A stretch of 34,592 nucleotides of DNA from Candidatus Muiribacteriota bacterium (GCA_051747805.1 JBNJGP010000022.1:1-34592), one strand, 5' to 3'; positions 20,073-29,377 are shown, counted from the first letter of the stretch. Made by a program: numbers and translations. Notes: a model not told the origin generated them from the letters alone.

Positions 20073-20252
20073 GGGGTCAGGTCTCCGGATTTCGCAAATA
20101 ATTATTTAAAATATTATTAAATAGTGTTTTTTAGACTTTTTTTATTAAAAAGTTTTTAATAATTCAGAAATAAATTACAGAAATAAATCATTTTTAATTG
20201 ATAATACCATCATATTAGGTTTTTGGAATGCGAATTCCGGAGACCTGACCCC
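20073..20252. repeat. Inverted-repeat element copy 2 (180 bp)
   Basis: Arms 20073-20096 and 20229-20252 are identical to those of copy 1. The AT-rich core is different. Confidence 0.9.
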
Positions 20253-20257
20253 TCCAT

Positions 20258-20289
20258 AAAAAGAGGTTAGTTTTTTCTAACCTCTTTTT
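20258..20289. terminator. Bidirectional intrinsic terminator
   Basis: AAAAAGAGGTTAG-TTTTTT-CTAACCTCTTTTT between convergent genes. Confidence 0.85.
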
Positions 20290-20314
20290 GGAAGAGAGTC
20301 TATTTTGCGGGGTT

Positions 20315-21439
20315 TTATTTGAATGTTTTTGTAGTTGAAAATCTGTGTATATCTCCTAAAGTTTGTTCTGAAAATGCATATTCAAAACTCCACTCATCAT
20401 GAACATAGGTTAAGCCACCTGATAAGTCACCGTCATAAGAACCGGCTCTAACGGCAAATTCAGAGTTTAACCATCTTTCTGTTCCAAAAAATATTTCTCC
20501 GTCCATATTCTGAATTTTATTATAATCAAGTGCTACTACCCAGTCGTGTTCAATATAATAAGCAATTCCAAGTGTTGAGGTTATTGGAATTGTATCTGTT
20601 GTTCTGGCTGGTGTATTCCACTTCATCTCTCCAGCTATATCACGTATTGAAAGTCCTATTGTTAGCCTTTTTGAATAGTCATAGAGCATACCAACATCAA
20701 AACTTAAGCCATCTGCAGTATAATCATGAAGTTTATGCTCCATATATTTCAGGTTCGCACCAAAGTATAAGTTTTCAAATGCTTTTGCATAAGAGACAAA
20801 AAATGCGGTTTCACTGTCATCAAATTGAGAAAATATTTTTATTTCTGGGTCAGTAAGATCAACTGTTTCTAAATCACCAGCTGTTACCTGATCAGGATCT
20901 TTCCAGTCTGTGTTATATCCAGCCGGAGTTGTATCACCTTCTTTTGCTCCTTCATAAATCCAATCAGTGTTATTAGTATCCCCTTCATCTAATACTGGTA
21001 ATACTTTAACATCACCACTTGAGTCTTTAACAAAATATGGATTACCAAATATTGCATCAGAAGTTAGTCGATTATTTTCATCTAATCTCCATATTCTGGT
21101 TTCCGGTATATTATCAACACCAAATTTCGCAATGGAAAATCCAAGTGCTGAATTTTTTTCGTTATTCTTATCAATATAATTGATAAAATCAAAGTTTCTG
21201 TCCATTTTCAACCTGGCATGCATGAATGAGGACTGAGTAGCTTCTAATTTTGCAAGACCGGCAGGATTCCAGTATGCTGCATATGCATCATCTGAAACAG
21301 CAACAAATGCTCCTCCCATGCCTAATGCACGGGCACCTATCCCCATTCGAAGATAAGCACCGGCCTGTCCCGAACCATCACCTCCAAAGGCGAATATACA
21401 TGCTGACAGCAGGCCTAAAATTGTGCCTATTTTTTTCAT
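20315..21439 (-). CDS. PorV/PorQ (UPF0164)-like outer-membrane beta-barrel protein
   Basis: Signal peptide. GIGARALGMGGAFVAVSDDAYAAYWNPAGL, FDVGMLY, C-terminal YAF...LGDIHRFS...F. Confidence 0.85.
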   Translation of the reverse strand: MKKIGTILGLLSACIFAFGGDGSGQAGAYLRMGIGARALGMGGAFVAVSDDAYAAYWNPAGLAKLEATQSSFMHARLKMDRNFDFINYIDKNNEKNSALGFSIAKFGVDNIPETRIWRLDENNRLTSDAIFGNPYFVKDSSGDVKVLPVLDEGDTNNTDWIYEGAKEGDTTPAGYNTDWKDPDQVTAGDLETVDLTDPEIKIFSQFDDSETAFFVSYAKAFENLYFGANLKYMEHKLHDYTADGLSFDVGMLYDYSKRLTIGLSIRDIAGEMKWNTPARTTDTIPITSTLGIAYYIEHDWVVALDYNKIQNMDGEIFFGTERWLNSEFAVRAGSYDGDLSGGLTYVHDEWSFEYAFSEQTLGDIHRFSTTKTFK

Positions 21440-21466
21440 AAAACACCTCGCTTATTTATCTTCGTC

Positions 21467-21491
21467 GGCGAGGGGATAATTTCCCCTCACC
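21467..21491 (-). promoter_or_regulatory. Intergenic stem-loop (partial terminator or mRNA stabiliser)
   Basis: Minus strand GGTGAGGGGA-AATTA-TCCCCTCGCC with one G-U pair. No following U-tract. Confidence 0.5.
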
Positions 21492-21525
21492 TTAATTATA
21501 ACACATACATTTATATAAAACTTAT

Positions 21526-22974
21526 TTATTTTGTAGCAGTCGCATTAAATGCAGCCACTCCAGATATATCTGAACCTTTTAATACTGTAACCTGAGTTTC
21601 TGTTGGAGTAACTTCCACACTTGTAAAAGATGTTGCGTTTCCAGAAGTTCCTGATACAGTTGCGGTAACTGTTCTGCTTCCAATTGGAACATCAGATACA
21701 GTTGCAGTTCCATTTGGGCTATTTCTTGTAACCTGGATATTAGCCTGCTGTCCACCTTCTACAAAAGCTGTAAGGTCAATTCTATCACTTCCACTTTCGT
21801 TATCGCCCTGGAATCTTCCCTCAAGACTTATCTGTATAGTTCCTCTATGAAGTGTAATATCAAAAGGTGCATCCAGAGAATAATTTGATTCCTGATTTGT
21901 TAAAAGAGCCGAGAAACTCTGTGAATTTGAACCATCTTCTCCACCCTCAATAAAAGCTGATGTAAGCACAATTCTATCATAATAGATTCCTGTTGAACTT
22001 ATTGGAAGATTATCAAATTCTATTAATCCATCCTGAACTCTTCTGGTTACATAAGGCTCACCATCTTTATAAAGAGTTGCAAATATTGGAGTTGCATTAT
22101 AATCTATATCAAAGCCATCTGCGGCCATAACAATAGCTGATATTACTCCGCCAGTTTCAACTTCTGTTTCCATTACAGTTTTTTCAAGATAAATATCTTT
22201 TTTGACAGTATCACCAGCTACAAGATAAACTTTTGATTCTCCCCCCATTCCAGTTTCTTCTGAAACCATTCCAGGCTCAAGAGGTTTATAAATCTGATTG
22301 GGTCCCTGATCATTTGCTGCAAAACATCCAAGGAAAAATCCCTGAGGATCAACTGGAGCGCTTGAAATCATATAATACCCGCTTGAATCTGTTACGGCAG
22401 AAAACGCAGTTTCGCCGTCGTTTGTGGCTAAAATAACGGTAGCATTTGCAAGCGGTTGCCCTGCTGCGTCTGGATTTGCAGGATCTATTCCTCTAACATA
22501 TCCTTCTAAATGACCAGTTGATGGTGTTGGGTTTTTTTTCATGTAAATTTTCATAAAATAATCTTCACCATCTTCAAGTGTTATTCTTTTCATGGATTCA
22601 TCTGGATTTCTGTTTGGAGCTCCACCCATCTGATAACCCTGACTTTCCAAATCTTCATTTATATATCCAAATGCTGAAGCATATACATCATAAGGAACGT
22701 TCGGTGGTAAATCACGGAAAACATAAGTGTTTCCCTGTCCATTAGGTTTAGAATATTGTCTGTGAATTACCGCCCCTGAATCGCCCTCTCCATCATTTTG
22801 AATTCCAACCAGAGCATTGGTAAGAATACTTTCTGACTTGTCTACAACTTCTGCAACCTGAACTCTGACAGACCCTGTAGAAACTCCTGCTCCTCCACAC
22901 CCTGCCAGAAGAACGGTAATAAAAAGCATAGCTGTAAGCAGCGCTAACTTTTTAATTTTTTTGTTGTTTTTCAT
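21526..22974 (-). CDS. Lipoprotein with tandem beta-sandwich (carboxypeptidase regulatory-like) domains
   Basis: Lipobox LAGC. G.L.G.V...PLANATV.L...TDSSGYY.I pattern. AGGAGG RBS. Confidence 0.8.
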   Translation of the reverse strand: MKNNKKIKKLALLTAMLFITVLLAGCGGAGVSTGSVRVQVAEVVDKSESILTNALVGIQNDGEGDSGAVIHRQYSKPNGQGNTYVFRDLPPNVPYDVYASAFGYINEDLESQGYQMGGAPNRNPDESMKRITLEDGEDYFMKIYMKKNPTPSTGHLEGYVRGIDPANPDAAGQPLANATVILATNDGETAFSAVTDSSGYYMISSAPVDPQGFFLGCFAANDQGPNQIYKPLEPGMVSEETGMGGESKVYLVAGDTVKKDIYLEKTVMETEVETGGVISAIVMAADGFDIDYNATPIFATLYKDGEPYVTRRVQDGLIEFDNLPISSTGIYYDRIVLTSAFIEGGEDGSNSQSFSALLTNQESNYSLDAPFDITLHRGTIQISLEGRFQGDNESGSDRIDLTAFVEGGQQANIQVTRNSPNGTATVSDVPIGSRTVTATVSGTSGNATSFTSVEVTPTETQVTVLKGSDISGVAAFNATATK

Positions 22975-23144
22975 ATACTCTCCTCCTGAAATGAAAAATA
23001 TCTTAATTTTTATACTTGTTTTATCGGCATATGAGTTTCTTTAAGTAAAAAAAATATATGCCTTTTTGCTTATTCATTTTTTCGGCATTAATTATTTTTA
23101 ACTTTAATGTTATTAATAAAAGAATTTTTTCCGATATTAAAAAC

Positions 23145-24245
23145 ATGTTATACGGAATAGACACTTTTTTATTAAAGAAATCCCATATAATAAAATCAGC
23201 ACCTTTTGGCCTTGTTTGTACTCAATATGCTCAAACCTGCCATAACGAAGGGGTGGTTGACCATTTAATAGATTTGAATCTTAATTTAAAATTTATTGTC
23301 GAACCTGTATTCGGTTTTTTATTTATGGAAAATGAAAAAAAAATTAATTCATATAATAATGTACCTGTATATGATATTTACTCAGACGAGCTTAAAAAAA
23401 ATCTGAAAAACATAAATAATTTAATTTTTGATATTCAGGGAATTGGAATAAAAGATTCCTACTACTTTAAGATGCTTTTTCACTTAATGAAAATGCTTAA
23501 TAATACTGATATAAACTTATATGTTTTAGACAGACCAAATCCACTTAATGCAACAATAGTAAGCGGTATGATTGGAAACCTTTCAAGCTATAATATTCCT
23601 TTAAGATATGGTTTAACAATTGCCGAATTGGGAATTTATTTTAATAAAGAATTTTTCCCCTTTGTTAATTATACACCTGTACCTATGGAAGGTTATATTA
23701 GAGACAGTTTTTTTAAAAAGCCAGAAAATCCATTAATAAAAATTTATCCTGGAATTCACACTGTCGACGCTTTATATCTTTATCCGGGAATTTATCTTTT
23801 AAAAGGAACTAATTTAAGTCTGGGAGAGGGACTTCAATTTGAAAATCAGGTTATTGGAGCCCCCTGGCTTGATAATACTGAACTTTTAGATAGAATTATT
23901 TATTTATATATGGAAGGTTTTAAACTTGAAACATGCGAATTTATACCAGAAAAAGGTGATTATAAAGGACAGAACTGCCGGGGTATAAAATTTGAAGTAG
24001 AGGATTTTAATTTCTTTAATCCTATTGAACTTTTTATTGAAGTAATTCAAATTTGTTACAATATAAACAGCGAGTTCTGTTTTACAAAAAATATTAATGA
24101 CTGTTATATTATAGATAATATATTTTCTGATATCAGAATAAGAAAAGCAATTGAAAAAGATATTCCAGTTACAAATGTTTATTTCAAAGGTATGAATACT
24201 CTGGAAAAATATTTGATAAAAAGAAAAGAATGTTTAATTTACTGA
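23145..24245 (+). CDS. NamZ/DUF1343 exo-beta-N-acetylmuramidase-like protein, catalytically degenerate
   Basis: Keeps GID, FDIQ, VLDRPNPL, RYGLTIAEL, VPMEG, LYPG, IGAPW and G..C.G. PEHG is PVFG and EGT is KGT. Start 23145 (MLYGID) preferred; the ORF extends to 23058. Confidence 0.82.
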   Translation: MLYGIDTFLLKKSHIIKSAPFGLVCTQYAQTCHNEGVVDHLIDLNLNLKFIVEPVFGFLFMENEKKINSYNNVPVYDIYSDELKKNLKNINNLIFDIQGIGIKDSYYFKMLFHLMKMLNNTDINLYVLDRPNPLNATIVSGMIGNLSSYNIPLRYGLTIAELGIYFNKEFFPFVNYTPVPMEGYIRDSFFKKPENPLIKIYPGIHTVDALYLYPGIYLLKGTNLSLGEGLQFENQVIGAPWLDNTELLDRIIYLYMEGFKLETCEFIPEKGDYKGQNCRGIKFEVEDFNFFNPIELFIEVIQICYNINSEFCFTKNINDCYIIDNIFSDIRIRKAIEKDIPVTNVYFKGMNTLEKYLIKRKECLIY

Positions 24246-24260
24246 GCTCAAGGGGGAATA

Positions 24261-25757
24261 ATGATTGAAAATAAACTGGGACAAATTTTTATTTATCCTG
24301 TTTTCAGAGATGATATTAAAGACATTAAAATAGATATTGATATTGCACTCAACCGTATGGGTATCTGTTTTTTCCTCATTACTGATAACGCTGTTACTAC
24401 CCCTCAGAAAGTTAAATCACTTATTACCTCAATCAGAAAAAAGTCTGGTAAAAAAGAGGTTTATTTTGGAATTTACTCTGGTGGTGGTTCTCAAATGGTT
24501 TTTCATAAAAACATAACTTTTATTCCATCAAACATGACGTTAGGACTTTCTGAAAACCCAAAATATGCTTATAAAGCCGCAAAAATACTTTCCTCAGAGC
24601 TAAAATCCATTGGTATAGACTTTGTAATTTCTGATATTTGTAATATGAACCTGCATTCTTTTAATAAGTTTGTTGGAACAAACTCCTTTGGCGATGACCC
24701 CGAAAAATTCACCCCCTTTATTAAAGAATATATTCGTGGCTTTAAATCTCAGAATGTTATTTTGATTCCAAGACATTTTCCAGGCATAGGCGGATTAAAT
24801 GAGTATAATTATGATAAGATTAATACTATACATAGAAGTTTAAAAGAAATGCTGGAGTTTGAATTAAAAACATTTAAAGAAGTTATTAATGAAAAAATTA
24901 GATGTATAGAAGTATCTGATACTTATTACTTTAAAGAAAGTATTCAGGTAATGGAATCAGCATTCTTTTCAAATGAAATAATTAATTTTCTCAGAGAAAA
25001 ACTTGAGTACAAAAATATTATTTTATCCTCTCCCCTTTATATGGAAAAGTTTAAAAAATACGATGAGGGAAAACTTATTATTAAGGCTTTTGAGGCGGGT
25101 TGTAATTTAATTATTCTCCCGGGAGACATAAAAAAATCATTATACGCCTACAATAGTTTGCTGCTTCTTTTAAAAAAAGGCAGATTTATTGATAGACTAC
25201 TGGAAAACAAAGATTTCATTAAGGTTTTTAAAGAGAAAAAACATCAAAAGTCAAAATCACTTTATAGATTAAAAAAAATAAACTCCCCTGCCATTAATAA
25301 TATATTAAAAAAATCCATTCAAATTTTTCACGGCAAAAAAGTATTTAAAAATTTCGCCAAATGTAAAAATATTTTAACTGTTGCCCCAGAACCTCATATT
25401 TTCACCCCTGAAGAATCAGAAAATTATTTTCATAAAGCTGTCAGATATTATAAAAGAGCAGGTGATTTTGTTGAATATAAAAGTGAACCCAGTCAAAAAT
25501 TTATTGCCGATTTAAAAACAAAAGCAAAAAAATATGAGGGAGTTATACTTTTTTCTTTTGATACACATATGGAAAAAGAACGGGAAAATCTCGGTATAGC
25601 TCTTTTAAACGCGAATGAAAATACACTTGTTGCCGGTATCAATTCCCCATATGAATATGAAGTTTTTAGAAATTCTGGATGTTACGTTGCAATATGCACT
25701 TACTTTGAAAACGCAATCCAGGTTTTCTGTAATAAATTATTTGGAGACAAAGGATAA
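24261..25757 (+). CDS. GH3 NagZ-like beta-N-acetylhexosaminidase homolog, catalytically degenerate
   Basis: KLGQ, PSNMTLG, ELKSIGI, SFGDDP, RHFPG, LREKLEY, AFEAG, C-terminal SPY. DQEGG, DSH and the nucleophile Asp are absent. Confidence 0.82.
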   Translation: MIENKLGQIFIYPVFRDDIKDIKIDIDIALNRMGICFFLITDNAVTTPQKVKSLITSIRKKSGKKEVYFGIYSGGGSQMVFHKNITFIPSNMTLGLSENPKYAYKAAKILSSELKSIGIDFVISDICNMNLHSFNKFVGTNSFGDDPEKFTPFIKEYIRGFKSQNVILIPRHFPGIGGLNEYNYDKINTIHRSLKEMLEFELKTFKEVINEKIRCIEVSDTYYFKESIQVMESAFFSNEIINFLREKLEYKNIILSSPLYMEKFKKYDEGKLIIKAFEAGCNLIILPGDIKKSLYAYNSLLLLLKKGRFIDRLLENKDFIKVFKEKKHQKSKSLYRLKKINSPAINNILKKSIQIFHGKKVFKNFAKCKNILTVAPEPHIFTPEESENYFHKAVRYYKRAGDFVEYKSEPSQKFIADLKTKAKKYEGVILFSFDTHMEKERENLGIALLNANENTLVAGINSPYEYEVFRNSGCYVAICTYFENAIQVFCNKLFGDKG

Positions 25758-25759
25758 TA

Positions 25760-26830
25760 ATGACAAATAAAAAAGCTATTATTTTTTTATTTTCGCTTCT
25801 TTTATTAAACTTATCTGTAAATAGTTTAATAGATGAAAAGGAGGAGTATGAACTTTTTGATTTTTTTGCAAACCAGAATTTTTATACACAATCTTCTCAG
25901 ATTTACTCTGCATCTACTTCGCTTACCTCTATGGAAAAAGCCCATCTTCTAAGCGATATTTTACTTAAAATGTTTAATGAATTTCTGGAATTTGATATTA
26001 ATCTGAAAATTTTTGAGCGGCTCAGTCAAATGGTAAAAAAATATTCTGATGAACTTATAATAACAGGTCGTATTATTCCAAGCGAAGCCTTAAAAAAATT
26101 AAAAATCATGTCTTATCAGAAAAGAGACATTGAATACGGCTACACTCCAGATTTATCAGAGGGAATTCATGCCTCAGATATACTTGCTCAACATCAAGTT
26201 GAAGAAGAAAAAAAACAGACTGTTCATGACAAGTATATTCCGGCTCAGAGAGAATTACTTGTAAAGGACAGGTCTATAAAAGTCAGCAATATTTTAGGTT
26301 TTGATATCAAAGATAAAAGTTATGGAGCTTTAAGTTATGGACAGTTCTCTCCTGACTCAAACATGAATTTTGTTACAGATAAAACCGGCAGGCTCATTAA
26401 TTTTGGATATCATCCAAATTCAAGTATGTCCTACGATATTAAAACTATGAGCTGGAACGTAAGTCAAAAAGGCGGCTTTTTTGGTATTCCTGATGAAGAT
26501 TATGAATTAAATATTAAACCAGTAATACTTTCTGCAAGATATTTTTTTTTAAGGCCTGATAGACTAATACCCTATGCTGGTGGCGGACTTAGTTATATGC
26601 GCATAGACTGTAATATAAAAAATACAAATGAAAAAGCAGATAAAAATTATGTAACTCCCCATATTATGGGAGGAGTTGAGTATTTTACCCAAAATGAATT
26701 TTCATATTTTACCGAAATTAAATATTTTATTTCAGGAAGCCAGGACTTAACAATTCGCGGATTAGACTACAGTGTCAATCCCGGCAAATTTCTTCTACAC
26801 TTTGGAATGCGTTTTTATTTTGACGGATAA
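25760..26830 (+). CDS. Exported protein with a C-terminal OmpW/OmpA-like beta-barrel
   Basis: Signal peptide. PVILSARYFF, PYAGGGLSY, GGVEYF, EIKY, terminal FGMRFYF. Confidence 0.7.
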   Translation: MTNKKAIIFLFSLLLLNLSVNSLIDEKEEYELFDFFANQNFYTQSSQIYSASTSLTSMEKAHLLSDILLKMFNEFLEFDINLKIFERLSQMVKKYSDELIITGRIIPSEALKKLKIMSYQKRDIEYGYTPDLSEGIHASDILAQHQVEEEKKQTVHDKYIPAQRELLVKDRSIKVSNILGFDIKDKSYGALSYGQFSPDSNMNFVTDKTGRLINFGYHPNSSMSYDIKTMSWNVSQKGGFFGIPDEDYELNIKPVILSARYFFLRPDRLIPYAGGGLSYMRIDCNIKNTNEKADKNYVTPHIMGGVEYFTQNEFSYFTEIKYFISGSQDLTIRGLDYSVNPGKFLLHFGMRFYFDG

Positions 26831-26833
26831 ATG

Positions 26834-28090
26834 CTAGTTATTATACAAAACCATTCTATCCTTTCCTTGAAAATTAATCATTGCATTCATTAATGTTAAA
26901 TATTCCCTCAAGTGACGGGTGATTAAAAAATTCTCACGAACAAACTCTTTTCCAAGTAAGCCCATTTTTTTCATTTTTTCCTGATTATTATAAAGATATC
27001 TTATTCTTAAAGCAGCTCCCTCTGGAGAACTCACAAGAAACCCGGTGTTATGATTTAAAACCTGAAGTCTTATTCCTCCAGTATCCCCACCAATAACAGG
27101 CTTTCCTTTCCATAAAGCTTCAGTTACTGTCAGTCCGAAACCTTCTTTAACAGATTTTTGAAGTATAATATCACTTGCCCTCTGAAGAGCATTAATAATT
27201 CTATGAGCATCTGGCGGTAGTAAAAGAATATTAACATCATCAACATTTTCAGCCGCTCTTTCGACTTCTTTCAACACAGCAGCACCTTCCGGGTCATCAT
27301 CAGCAGTCCCGCCGGCAAGAACAAGTTGCAGTTTAGGATGAAATTTTTTAGCTATTTTAAAACCCTCAATAACCCCAACAGGGTCTTTAAAAGAATCGAA
27401 TCTTGAAACCTGAATTATCATAGGTCTTTCTGTATCAATACCATACTTTTTACAAACCTCTATTATTTCCTCATCGGATAAATCAATATTTTTTTCTGCC
27501 AGCGGATCTATACTCGGTGAAATTAAATACTGCAGATGTGGGAGTGGCTGGGCAAAATCAGCAAGAGAAAAAATTGAGGCATCATAATCAGAAACAATTT
27601 TTTTAAGGTATTTCCATACAGGTCTGTAGGGTCGACTTGCATCAATATGACATCTCCATAACCATTTTCCTTTTCTGTTTGGAAAATGATGTAGAAGTTT
27701 TGCTGGCTGTGGGTCATGAATAAATACAATATCAGCCTCATTTAATTTATCATGCAACTTTTGAGCATTTTCTCTGTTTGTCTCTTCATATATATTATAA
27801 AGGTCTTCTGATAATTTTACTTTATTTCCCTGAAGGGCATTATGAAAGCCCTTTGTGCATTTATAAAAATCCCCCTCGCCAGTAATAATTTCCCATTCAG
27901 CATCAATTCCCAGTGAACGTTTCAGAGGAAGCAGTTTATTTAATATTTCTGCAACTCCTCCGCCCAGTCTGGTTGAGTTAACATGAACAACTTTAACTCC
28001 TTTCAAAGGTGTAGCAAGCTGTTTTATGTGATTTATTGTGGATTCACGTACAATATTTTCATAGGCCTCAAGCGTGATATTTTCATTCAT
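26834..28090 (-). CDS. treT: Trehalose glycosyltransferring synthase (GT4, TreT-like)
   Basis: HVNSTRLGGGVAEIL, TK.FHNALQG, IHDPQP, WRCHID, QVSRFD.FKDP.GV, DDPEG, EGFGLTVTEALWK. Confidence 0.88.
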   Translation of the reverse strand: MNENITLEAYENIVRESTINHIKQLATPLKGVKVVHVNSTRLGGGVAEILNKLLPLKRSLGIDAEWEIITGEGDFYKCTKGFHNALQGNKVKLSEDLYNIYEETNRENAQKLHDKLNEADIVFIHDPQPAKLLHHFPNRKGKWLWRCHIDASRPYRPVWKYLKKIVSDYDASIFSLADFAQPLPHLQYLISPSIDPLAEKNIDLSDEEIIEVCKKYGIDTERPMIIQVSRFDSFKDPVGVIEGFKIAKKFHPKLQLVLAGGTADDDPEGAAVLKEVERAAENVDDVNILLLPPDAHRIINALQRASDIILQKSVKEGFGLTVTEALWKGKPVIGGDTGGIRLQVLNHNTGFLVSSPEGAALRIRYLYNNQEKMKKMGLLGKEFVRENFLITRHLREYLTLMNAMINFQGKDRMVLYNN

Positions 28091-28752
28091 TATGCAACCC
28101 CCTCAAAATGTGAATTAAAAATTCTGGTTAATTCTTTTTTCAAATCATTTATAGAAACAAAAAACGGGTCAAGCGAAGCTATATCATCTATAAGCTCCTG
28201 ATATTTACCGTTAAAACCAGAAAGCCATACTCTGAAATCATCTATATGGTCATCTGTTCTTTTACGAGCATCTATAAAATGATAATAAATCGAGCTTAAA
28301 GACATTTTCGGAATCACATCTTTAAGCTCATATGGCTTATTAATCTCAAAGTTTGTATTAAAAACAACAATATGAGACCTTATAAAATTAAAATTATTTA
28401 TAGGTTTTATCCAGCCAAGCCATTCGTTTTCATCCAGTCGTTGTTCTATAATATCTATTAATTCTTCTCTTAAATCTTCTATATCTGGATAATCACTAGG
28501 GTCAATTACAGCAAGTCTTTCAGCAAGAACATAATCATGAATAGATGATTTTACCCAGTTTGCAATATCATTATTGTACTCACTTGATAAAATTCCGGGT
28601 TTTAAGAGAACATCCCAGAAATGATAATGAATACACCCTGAGTGTATTTTTTTTACAATGTCCTTTAACTCACGAATATTATGCGCCTTCTCTCCTGTCC
28701 CAATTGCAACAAGAGCACAGTCCTTAATATTAAATGTATAATTCTGACCCAT
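28090..28752 (-). CDS. DUF5752-family protein (TreT-associated)
   Basis: Two similar halves (I.YHF...ND...W and IYYHF...DDF..W). TAATG coupling to treT. Confidence 0.8.
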   Translation of the reverse strand: MGQNYTFNIKDCALVAIGTGEKAHNIRELKDIVKKIHSGCIHYHFWDVLLKPGILSSEYNNDIANWVKSSIHDYVLAERLAVIDPSDYPDIEDLREELIDIIEQRLDENEWLGWIKPINNFNFIRSHIVVFNTNFEINKPYELKDVIPKMSLSSIYYHFIDARKRTDDHIDDFRVWLSGFNGKYQELIDDIASLDPFFVSINDLKKELTRIFNSHFEGVA

Positions 28753-28798
28753 TTTTACCTCCCTTTGAGAGTTTATTAGTTAAGTTTAGCAAATTTAT

Positions 28799-29377
28799 TT
28801 AAAATCTATGTATCAGAGAATTATCCGGATAAATATATTCACCAGTATATAAATGAGATAGTATTATATCAGAGTCTTCGCCATTAATTAAAAATTTAAC
28901 TCTCTCAACAGCTTCTATCTGAGTAACCGTGTTTACAACACCGTATAAAGCTAGAATTTCAGGTATAACACCGCCTTTATAATTTGTGTTAAATTCCCTC
29001 GTAAAATCAATATATAAAGAATTATTATAGAGGAAAAAAGCCCTCAACCCAGTTTTCTTAGGTATTGGATAGTACAGGTCATTATTCTCCGGCCCCTTCA
29101 TATATTCCTCGATAATATTTCCGGCCAGCTCAAGGGGTTCATCAACAATTTTAATTTCTCTATCTTCGGGTATAAGTCGATATCCATCCGAGTAATAGAA
29201 AATATAGTTTGACATTTCAACACTATCATATTCTGAATCATCTCTAATATATCTGTCAGGAATTTCTGATTGATATTCTTCAAATTGATGAAAAAATAAA
29301 AAATAAAAAGCAACAAGCATAAAAGCAAACCATATAAGCTTAAAAACTAATTTTACAATTCCGTATGTATCTTTCAT
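28799..29377 (-). CDS. GerMN domain membrane protein
   Basis: N-terminal TM. KGP...YPIPK.T, YIDFT.EF, E...LY.VVNTVTQ...V..V.FLING. ATGA overlap with the amidase gene. Confidence 0.88.
   Translation of the reverse strand: MKDTYGIVKLVFKLIWFAFMLVAFYFLFFHQFEEYQSEIPDRYIRDDSEYDSVEMSNYIFYYSDGYRLIPEDREIKIVDEPLELAGNIIEEYMKGPENNDLYYPIPKKTGLRAFFLYNNSLYIDFTREFNTNYKGGVIPEILALYGVVNTVTQIEAVERVKFLINGEDSDIILSHLYTGEYIYPDNSLIHRF

Noticed and set aside
9351..20252. Composite transposon bounded by the two inverted-repeat elements
   Set aside because: No transposase, no flanking target duplication, and the cargo includes the core gene typA.
23058..25757. Pseudogene annotation for the NamZ/NagZ-like genes
   Set aside because: Frames are full-length with no stops or frameshifts, and the NagZ-like gene has an RBS; treated as degenerate CDSs instead.
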